A stretch of DNA of 54,614 bases from Sphingomonas sp. (GTDB lineage: Bacteria > Pseudomonadota > Alphaproteobacteria > Sphingomonadales > Sphingomonadaceae): assembly GCA_045810685.1 (NCBI GenBank), contig JBJMVJ010000008.1:1-54614 (forward strand). Reading direction: 5' to 3'. Position 1 is the stretch's first letter, and every line of letters starts with the position of its first letter. Shown here one piece after another: positions 48,057-54,614 of the stretch. The notes beneath the pieces are model-generated. The model did no database searches, had not been told where the DNA came from, and saw only the letters and a list, made by a program, of their open reading frames with translations. The position numbers and the translations under genes are program-made.

Positions 48057-49409
48057 TCAAGCGTGAGCCGGCGCGCGCGCGGCTCCGGCGTAAGTGACCC
48101 GCCAGACGGTGCCGCCGACGTCATCGGCGATCAGCAGCGCGCCGGTGCGATCGACCGCGACACCGACCGGGCGGCCGCGTGCCTTGCCGTTCGCATCAAC
48201 GAAGCCGGTGACGAAATTATGTGGCTTCCCGACCGGGCGTCCTCCCGAGAAGCGGATGAAGACCACCCGATAGCCATTGAGCTGACGGCGGTTCCAGCTG
48301 CCGTGTTCGCCAACAAAGGCGCCGCCGCCGAAAATCGCCGGGAAGCTCGCGCCGGTGTAAAAGGCCAACCCGAGCGCCGCGACGTGCGAACTCAGCGCGT
48401 AATCGGGCGGAATTGCTTTCGCGACCAGGTCCGGCCGCTGCGGCCTGACCCGCGCGTCCACATGCTGGCCGTAGTAACTGTATGGCCAGCCATAGAAGGC
48501 ACCCGGCCGCACGGACGTCATATAGTCGGGCACCAGGTTCGGTCCGAGCTCGTCGCGCTCGTTGACGACGGTCCACAGTGTGTTGCTGCCTGGATAGAAG
48601 GTCAGCCCGTTGGGATTCCTGAGCCCACTCGCGAAGACGCGATAGGAACCAGTCTTCGGATCCACCTCCCAGATTGCGGCGCGGTTGATTTCCGCTTCCG
48701 GCCCGCGCTCCTGGACGTTGCTGTTCGAACCGACGCCGGCGTACAGCTTCGACCCGTCCGGGCTCGCAGTCAGCGATTTCGTCCAGTGATGGTCGATCAG
48801 TCCGCCCGGAAGTTCGATCACTTTCTCGGGCGGAGCCGTGATCTTCGTCTGCCCCGGCGTGAATGGGTAGCGCAGGATCCCGTCGGTATCGGCGATGTAA
48901 AGGTCGTTGCCGACCAGCACGATCCCAAACGGCGAAACAAGATGGTCGACCAGAACGCTCCTCAGCTCCGGCTTGCCGTCGCCGTCGGCGTCGCGGAGCA
49001 GCGTGATCCGCTGCGGCTTGCCGCCGCTTGCTGAAGTCTCTTTGCCGCCGCCGCCATGCGCCAGCGACATGATGAAGTCGCGGATCGGGTCCTTGGGACG
49101 GTCGACCGGCTCGGACCCAACTCGATCGGTTTCAACGACCAACACGTCGCCGTTGGCGAGCGGATAGACGTTTCGCGGGTTGGATAGGCCCGTCGCCATG
49201 GCTTCGATCTTGAAGCCTTGCGGCACGCTTGGAGTCTCACCCTGCTTCCAGCCGACAACGTTGGGCACACCGACAGCGGCGACCAGTTCCTCGACCGGTT
49301 TGGGCAGGACCGGATTTGGCCCGACCTGCTGCGACGGATCGATGTTCTGGCTACTTCCGCACGCCGCGAGCGGGATCACGGCGAGGGCGATGCCGAGCGC
49401 GCGCCTCAT
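48057..49409 (-). CDS. Sorbosone dehydrogenase family (PQQ-type beta-propeller) lipoprotein
   Basis: Lipobox LAAC; HHWTK, GSNSN, SGLRNPNG, VNERDELG, YGWPY, HGSWNR and GRPVGV motifs. Confidence 0.88.
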   Translation of the reverse strand: MRRALGIALAVIPLAACGSSQNIDPSQQVGPNPVLPKPVEELVAAVGVPNVVGWKQGETPSVPQGFKIEAMATGLSNPRNVYPLANGDVLVVETDRVGSEPVDRPKDPIRDFIMSLAHGGGGKETSASGGKPQRITLLRDADGDGKPELRSVLVDHLVSPFGIVLVGNDLYIADTDGILRYPFTPGQTKITAPPEKVIELPGGLIDHHWTKSLTASPDGSKLYAGVGSNSNVQERGPEAEINRAAIWEVDPKTGSYRVFASGLRNPNGLTFYPGSNTLWTVVNERDELGPNLVPDYMTSVRPGAFYGWPYSYYGQHVDARVRPQRPDLVAKAIPPDYALSSHVAALGLAFYTGASFPAIFGGGAFVGEHGSWNRRQLNGYRVVFIRFSGGRPVGKPHNFVTGFVDANGKARGRPVGVAVDRTGALLIADDVGGTVWRVTYAGAARAPAHA

Positions 49410-49852
49410 GGCCGCTCTCCGTAGCGCGTCTCGTGCCACAGCCAGCCGTAGGACATGATCAGCACCGCGCTGATCACCGACAGGATCAATCCCGCCGGCA
49501 CCACCGCGGTCCAGCCGTCGCGGGCGTGGACGAGGCTGTTGATGAACTCGACGACCAGGGTAACCAGCAACAGCGCGAACGCGCCCCAGCCGAACGTGGT
49601 CCGCAATTCGACCAGCCTGGCGAAGTCGATCAGCATCAGAATGGCGGCAATCACGCCGAACAGCAGCCCGGCGGCGAGCAGCCAGCTGGAGAAATTGACC
49701 CACTGCAGATTGCCGCCGCTGTTGTCGTAGGCAAGATCGGTGAGAAGCGCTCCGGTAAAACAGACGATCGGCACCGGAAGAAGCAGTGCGCTGTAGGGAT
49801 GACGGGTAGTGCCCAGACCGCTCCTGGGCCGTTCACTAACAGTTTCGGCCAT
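49406..49852 (-). CDS. DUF2231-like membrane protein
   Basis: HPYSALLLPVPIVCFTGALLTD; NSLVHARDGW; four TM helices; ATGA coupling to the dehydrogenase. Confidence 0.78.
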   Translation of the reverse strand: MAETVSERPRSGLGTTRHPYSALLLPVPIVCFTGALLTDLAYDNSGGNLQWVNFSSWLLAAGLLFGVIAAILMLIDFARLVELRTTFGWGAFALLLVTLVVEFINSLVHARDGWTAVVPAGLILSVISAVLIMSYGWLWHETRYGERP

Positions 49853-49877
49853 CGCGCTGTCTCTTTTCTTGCCAGAA

Positions 49878-49903
49878 AAGCGCGACAAACTCGCAGAGGT
49901 TCC
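49878..49903 (-). promoter_or_regulatory. Possible EcfG/sigmaT (general stress response) promoter
   Basis: Minus strand GGAAC-N16-CGCTT, close to the GGAAC-N16/17-CGTT consensus. Confidence 0.35.
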
Positions 49904-49936
49904 CAAGAGTTAATCTGCGCCCTACCCGCATTCGCG

Positions 49937-50635
49937 ATGACGGCGTTCAAGTCTGGTGACCCGCTAACCCTCAACCGTCTCTACGGCCGGTCGAGTGGGC
50001 ACAAGCTTCGCAAGAGCCAGCAGGAGCTGATGGACAATCTGCTCCCGGCGATCGAAGTGCCAGCCGAAGGCGACATCACTGCGGCGCGGCTGTTCGGCGA
50101 TGACCGTCCGCTCCACTTCGAGATCGGCTTCGGCTCGGGCGAGCATCTCGCCAACCGCGCCGACATGCTGCCGGAGCACGGCTTCATCGGCGCCGAGCCG
50201 TTCCTCAACGGCGTCGCCACAGCGCTTGGGCACATTCGCGACCAGCGCCTCGCGAACATCCGCCTGTGGCGCGGCGACGCGCTCGAGGTGCTGCAACGGC
50301 TACCCGATGCTAGCCTCAGCTTCCTCTACCTGCTGCACCCCGACCCCTGGCCCAAATCGCGGCATGCGAAGCGCCGAATGGTCAACGACCGCCCCCTCGA
50401 CCTGTTCGCAGCCAAGCTCAGGGCCCGCGGCGAGTTTCGGCTCGCAACTGACGATCCGACCTATCTCACTTGGGCGCTAATGGTCATGCAGCGCCACGCA
50501 GATGAGTTCGAATGGCTCGCCGAAACACCGGCCGATTTCCTGCAACCACCCGGCGGCTGGATCGAAACCCGCTACGGCGCCAAGTCCCGGCGCGAGGGCC
50601 GCCGGCCTTATTATCTGCGCTACCGGCGAATCTGA
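49937..50635 (+). CDS. trmB: tRNA (guanine-N7)-methyltransferase
   Basis: EIGFGSGEH, HPDPWPKSRHAKRR, ATD and TRYG motifs. Confidence 0.93.
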   Translation: MTAFKSGDPLTLNRLYGRSSGHKLRKSQQELMDNLLPAIEVPAEGDITAARLFGDDRPLHFEIGFGSGEHLANRADMLPEHGFIGAEPFLNGVATALGHIRDQRLANIRLWRGDALEVLQRLPDASLSFLYLLHPDPWPKSRHAKRRMVNDRPLDLFAAKLRARGEFRLATDDPTYLTWALMVMQRHADEFEWLAETPADFLQPPGGWIETRYGAKSRREGRRPYYLRYRRI

Positions 50636-51855
50636 CCCGGCGTCAGACGCAGCAATCGGCCTCCGGCTTCATCTTCGAGCACGTAGATCGCCCCATCCGG
50701 CCCTTCGCCGACCCAGCGGATGCGCCGGCCCATGTCCCACTGATCGGCCCTTGCCGCGCGGTCGCCGCTGAAGGTGACGCGGATCAGCGCCCTCGCCGAC
50801 AGCGCGCCGATGAATCCGCTCCCCTTCCACTCGGGAAACAGCTTGCCGTCGTAGATCATCAAGCTCGACGGCGAGATCGATGGCACCCACGTCAGTTTCG
50901 GCGCCTCAAGATCGGGCCGGCTCGAGTGAGGCGGGATCGGGTTCCCGTCGTAGTTCCTTCCTTCCGAGACCAAAGGCCAGCCGTAATTCGTCCCGGGCAG
51001 GATCAAGTTGAGCTCGTCGCCGCCGCGCGGACCCATCTCCGTCTCCCACAGACGCCCCTCCGCATCAAAGGCGAGGCCGTAAGGGTTGCGGTGGCCACTG
51101 CTCCACGTCTCGGCAGGTGTCAGGTTTGGTCCCGGCCAGCGGATGGTGCGGCCCGGCTGGCTCGGCGCCGCCTCGGTGTCCTCCGGCGGATCGGTGACGA
51201 CCACGCTCGGCGCTCCGGTTCGTCCGGCGAACGGATTGCGCGGCGCCGGCTTTCCGTCGAGCGTCAGGTGGAGGATCTTGCCGAGTGGCTGGCTGGGATC
51301 TTGAGCAGGGGTGAAGCGCTGGCGCTCGCCGCTGCTCAGGAACAACGACTTCCCGTCGGGCGCGAACGCGACGATCGCGCCGAACTGGCCGCCGCGCCCG
51401 CCTGCCGGGTCGTGCCAGAGCCGCTGCAGGCCGCTGAGCCGCGCGCCATTGCTGTCGCGGACCAGCTTTGCGCGTGAGAGAGCGAGCCCGCTGCCGCCGT
51501 TCTCGGAGGGCTCGGCATAGGTGAGATAGACCAGACCATCGCGAGCGAACGTCGGCGAGAGCTTGACGTCGAGCAGCCCGCCTTGGCTCGACACCACCAC
51601 CGGCGGCGCGCCGGCGACCGGCTGCTTTTGACCGGTGCTCAGGTCGACCAGCCAGATGCGCCCCGGCTTCTCGGTGACGATTGCCGTGTTCGACCGGGGC
51701 ACAAAGTCCATCGCCCACGGCGAGTCGAACGTTGCGACCGGCGAGGTGACGAACGACCGTTCGGAATTGCTCGCCGGCTGGGCCGTCGTGGGGTTCGAAC
51801 TGCCGCACGCCGCGAGGACAATGAGCAACGCCGCTTGCATAATGTGCCGAGCCAT
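50620..51855 (-). CDS. PQQ-dependent aldose sugar dehydrogenase (YliI/Gdh-B family) lipoprotein
   Basis: Lipobox LAAC; QGGLLDV, GHRNPYG, EMGPRGGDELN, NYGWP and RIR motifs. Confidence 0.88.
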   Translation of the reverse strand: MARHIMQAALLIVLAACGSSNPTTAQPASNSERSFVTSPVATFDSPWAMDFVPRSNTAIVTEKPGRIWLVDLSTGQKQPVAGAPPVVVSSQGGLLDVKLSPTFARDGLVYLTYAEPSENGGSGLALSRAKLVRDSNGARLSGLQRLWHDPAGGRGGQFGAIVAFAPDGKSLFLSSGERQRFTPAQDPSQPLGKILHLTLDGKPAPRNPFAGRTGAPSVVVTDPPEDTEAAPSQPGRTIRWPGPNLTPAETWSSGHRNPYGLAFDAEGRLWETEMGPRGGDELNLILPGTNYGWPLVSEGRNYDGNPIPPHSSRPDLEAPKLTWVPSISPSSLMIYDGKLFPEWKGSGFIGALSARALIRVTFSGDRAARADQWDMGRRIRWVGEGPDGAIYVLEDEAGGRLLRLTPGQIRR

Positions 51856-51917
51856 TCGAGACTGTTCCATCCTCGTAACGTGAACCTCAGCCGCCCTGCG
51901 GCCCACTAAAGAACAAT

Positions 51918-52961
51918 ATGCGACCCTGCAGCTTACTCTCATTGGCTACCGCGGTTCCGGCCCATGCGGTCGAACAGGCCGACGCCAAGGCGTGCGCGCG
52001 CGAGGCATTCGGGCGCAAAGCGCTGTTCGACCGCCTCTCGGGCGTGTTCGACAACGCCGGCATCGCCCGGCGCCACATCGTCGCTCCGCTCGAGTGGTAC
52101 ATGGACAGCCACGGCTGGCATGACCGCAACGCGCTGTATCTGGAAGCGGCCGAGCAGTTGTTCATCGATGCGGCGGGCGCGGCGATCGAAAAGGCCGGGC
52201 TCGATCCGCGCGATATCGACGGCGTCGTCGCGGCCTCGACCACCGGCATCGCCACGCCGAGTCTCGAGGCGCGCGTCGCCCGCCGCCTGGGCCTGCGGGA
52301 CAATGTCCGCCGGGTCCCGGTCTTCGGCCTTGGCTGCGCCGGCGGCGTCAACGGCCTGTCGCTTGCGGCGCGGCTCGCCGCCGCCGATCCCGGCAGTCTG
52401 TGGCTGTTCGTCACTGTCGAGACCTGCTCGATCTCGATCCGCCTCGACAGCGACGACCCAGCGGCAGTGGTCGCCACCGCCTTGTTCGGCGACGGCGCCG
52501 CCGCGGCTGTCGTCACCAGCGGGACCCACAGCCTTGCCCGAATTACGGGATCGGCCGAGAAACTGTGGCCGGATACGCTGCGAATCATGGGCTGGGACGT
52601 CGACGATCCGGGTCTCTCGGTGGTGTTCGACCGTGCCATCCCACCGTTCATCGAGGCAGAGCTCGCCGGGGCGGTGGACGAGATGGGCCGCGAGCTCGGC
52701 ATAACCCGCGACGAGATCGACCGCTTCTGTTGCCATCCCGGCGGGGTCAAGGTGATTGATGCGATCGAAAGCGCGCTCAAGCTCAATCAGGGCGAACTCA
52801 ACCTCGAGCGCGAGGTGCTGCGCGACTATGGCAATATGAGCGCTCCGACGGTGTTGTTCGTGCTGGAGCGACTGCTCGCGCGCGGGCTTCCCGACAAGGT
52901 GCTGATGACAGCCTTCGGGCCCGGCTTCACCTGCGGCGGGATGCTGCTCGAAGCGGCGTGA
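51918..52961 (+). CDS. Type III polyketide synthase (BpsA/SrsA-like)
   Basis: Cys-His-Asn triad in GLGCAGG, HPGG and YGNMS; ALFGDGAAA; FGPGF. Confidence 0.93.
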   Translation: MRPCSLLSLATAVPAHAVEQADAKACAREAFGRKALFDRLSGVFDNAGIARRHIVAPLEWYMDSHGWHDRNALYLEAAEQLFIDAAGAAIEKAGLDPRDIDGVVAASTTGIATPSLEARVARRLGLRDNVRRVPVFGLGCAGGVNGLSLAARLAAADPGSLWLFVTVETCSISIRLDSDDPAAVVATALFGDGAAAAVVTSGTHSLARITGSAEKLWPDTLRIMGWDVDDPGLSVVFDRAIPPFIEAELAGAVDEMGRELGITRDEIDRFCCHPGGVKVIDAIESALKLNQGELNLEREVLRDYGNMSAPTVLFVLERLLARGLPDKVLMTAFGPGFTCGGMLLEAA

Positions 52962-53443
52962 TCCTCAACCTTTTCATTCTCTCGCTCGTTACCATGTCGC
53001 GGCTGGTGGAGCTGCCGATCGCTCGCGCCAACACGCGCCGGCTGATCACCGCCGGTGGGCGCGAGGTCGCGCGCGGCCACTATCCGCTGATCGTGGCCCT
53101 CCACGTCGCGTGGCTCGCCACTTTGTGGTGGCTTGCGCCAGCCGCGCCCGTAAACCTGCCGCTGCTCGCCCTCTTCGCCCTAATCGAATGCGCGCGGATA
53201 TGGGTTCTGCAGACGCTTGGCCGGCGCTGGACCACGCGGATCATCGTCGTGCCCGGCGAGCAGCTGGTCGCGCGCGGTCCGTACAAATATCTCAATCACC
53301 CGAACTATGCCGTGGTGGTGGCTGAAATTGCGCTTCTCCCACTGGTGTTCGGCCTGTGGCGGGTGGCGCTGATCTTCAGCCTGCTGAACGCAGCCGCACT
53401 CGCCGTCCGCATCCGCGAAGAGAACCGCGCGCTCGGCCGCTGA
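52958..53443 (+). CDS. ICMT-family membrane methyltransferase (BpsB/SrsB-like)
   Basis: LGRRWTTRI, GPYKYLNHPNY and RIREE motifs; GTGA coupling to the PKS. Confidence 0.9.
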   Translation: MILNLFILSLVTMSRLVELPIARANTRRLITAGGREVARGHYPLIVALHVAWLATLWWLAPAAPVNLPLLALFALIECARIWVLQTLGRRWTTRIIVVPGEQLVARGPYKYLNHPNYAVVVAEIALLPLVFGLWRVALIFSLLNAAALAVRIREENRALGR

Positions 53444-53449
53444 CCAGCC

Positions 53450-53478
53450 TTGCCCTATAGCTGACTCCCGCCTATATC
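53450..53478 (+). promoter_or_regulatory. Sigma70 promoter of the rimP-nusA operon
   Basis: TTGCCC-N17-TATATC. Confidence 0.6.
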
Positions 53479-53482
53479 GCGG

Positions 53483-53558
53483 GTCTCTCCTCGACATCGT
53501 CAGATGCCCGAGGCTGGGGCCCCACGGCTCCGGTCCGAGAGACGTTTGGGCTTTCCCA
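53483..53558 (+). promoter_or_regulatory. Structured rimP 5' leader
   Basis: GTCTCTC/GAGAGAC closes two hairpins (CTCG..CATC/GATG..CGAG and GCTGGGGCC/GGCTCCGGT); a small TGGG/CCCA hairpin follows. Confidence 0.6.
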
Positions 53559-53568
53559 CGGAGTTTGA

Positions 53569-54102
53569 GTGTCGGACATTGCGAGCGTCGCAAAGCAGAT
53601 CGAGCCCGAGGTCAAGAGCCTCGGCTACGAGCTCGTGCGCGTCGCGATGATCGGCGGCACCTCGGACCCGACGCTGCAGGTGATGGCCGAACGGCCCGAC
53701 ACCCGCCAACTCGACCTTAGCGATTGCGAGGCCATCTCGCGGCGCGTTTCTGATTGGCTCGATGCGAACGATCCGATCGAGGGCAGCTACCGGCTCGAGG
53801 TCAGCTCGCCCGGCATCGACCGGCCGCTCACCCGCCTCCGCGATTATTCCGATTGGGCGGGCCATGAAGCGCGCATCAGCCTCGCCGAGCCGAAGGGCGG
53901 CCGCAAGCAATATTCCGGCACGATCGACGGGGTCGAGGGTGACCAGGTCAAGCTCACGGACAAGAGTGGCGCCGCCCACGTCGTGCCCTATTCGCAAATC
54001 TCGTCGGCCAAGCTGCTCTTGACCGATAAGCTCATCAACGCCACCGCGCCGCTCAATACCGAGGGCGCCGATACAATTCAGACCGTAGAGGAAGACATTT
54101 AA
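53569..54102 (+). CDS. rimP: Ribosome maturation factor RimP
   Basis: [16 protein letters not shown] and [14 protein letters not shown] motifs. Confidence 0.96.
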   Translation: MSDIASVAKQIEPEVKSLGYELVRVAMIGGTSDPTLQVMAERPDTRQLDLSDCEAISRRVSDWLDANDPIEGSYRLEVSSPGIDRPLTRLRDYSDWAGHEARISLAEPKGGRKQYSGTIDGVEGDQVKLTDKSGAAHVVPYSQISSAKLLLTDKLINATAPLNTEGADTIQTVEEDI

Positions 54103-54614
54103 TGGCCACCGCACCCGCTGCCGTCAGCGCCAACCGGGCCGAGCTGATCGCGATCGCCGACGCGGTCGCGCGCGAGAAGCTGATCGACAAGGGCATCGTC
54201 ATCGAGGCGATGGAGGATGCGATTCAGCGCGCCGCGCGCGCCCGCTACGGCGCCGAGAACGACATCCGCGCCAAGCTCGACGCAGAGACTGGCGACCTTC
54301 GTCTGTGGCGGGTCCTCGAAGTGGTCGAGGAGCCCGAGGATCATTTCAAGCAAATCGACTCCAAGAGCGCGCAGAAGCTGCAGAAGGGCGCCGCCGTCGG
54401 CGACTTCATCGTCGATCCGTTGCCGCCGATCGAGTTCGGCCGCATCGCCGCCCAGGCCGCCAAGCAGGTGATCTTCCAGAAGGTCCGCGACGCCGAGCGC
54501 GAGCGCCAGTTCGAGGAGTTCAAGGACCGCGTCGGAGAGATCATCACCGGCGTCGTCAAGCGCGTCGAGTTCGGCCATGTCGTCGTGGATCTCGGCCGCG
54601 CCGAGGGCGTCATC
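54102..54614 (+). CDS. nusA: Transcription termination factor NusA, 3' truncated by the window edge
   Basis: TAATG coupling to rimP; translates [26 protein letters not shown]...[22 protein letters not shown]; absent from the ORF track because it has no stop in the window. Confidence 0.96.
   Translation, partial: MATAPAAVSANRAELIAIADAVAREKLIDKGIVIEAMEDAIQRAARARYGAENDIRAKLDAETGDLRLWRVLEVVEEPEDHFKQIDSKSAQKLQKGAAVGDFIVDPLPPIEFGRIAAQAAKQVIFQKVRDAERERQFEEFKDRVGEIITGVVKRVEFGHVVVDLGRAEGVI

Overview
GC-rich alphaproteobacterial chromosome segment; gene content and order look Sphingomonadaceae-like (inference). Positions 1-14.8 kb are an accessory carbohydrate region: a GH18/CE4/GT2 fusion synthase, a sugar ABC transporter, a TonB-dependent receptor with a 45-aa Pro-rich tail ending PERG, and three GH43 glycosidases, one with an ~80-aa insertion. 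The rest is mostly core genes: selO-astD, an L,D-transpeptidase, dnaB, dcd, kynU, rnr, a valine-catabolism (mms) cluster, cytochromes, nifU-tsaB-rimI-mucR-fur-acyltransferase-miaB-phoH-ybeY-corC-lnt-metK-trmB-rimP-nusA. Small accessory modules interrupt this backbone (VOC gene, DUF2231/sorbosone dehydrogenase trio, PQQ sugar dehydrogenase, type III PKS plus methyltransferase). Non-coding signals: four copies of a ~75-80 bp palindromic repeat (one overlaps the kynU start, two flank a frameshifted ybiI/TraR gene), candidate structured leaders (receptor, mucR, rimP), DnaA-box-like sites and a SahR-like operator. I saw no rRNA, tRNA, CRISPR array, transposase or prophage. No novel system is proven; the best leads are the PERG tail, the repeat family, the inserted GH43 and the DUF2231/dehydrogenase module.
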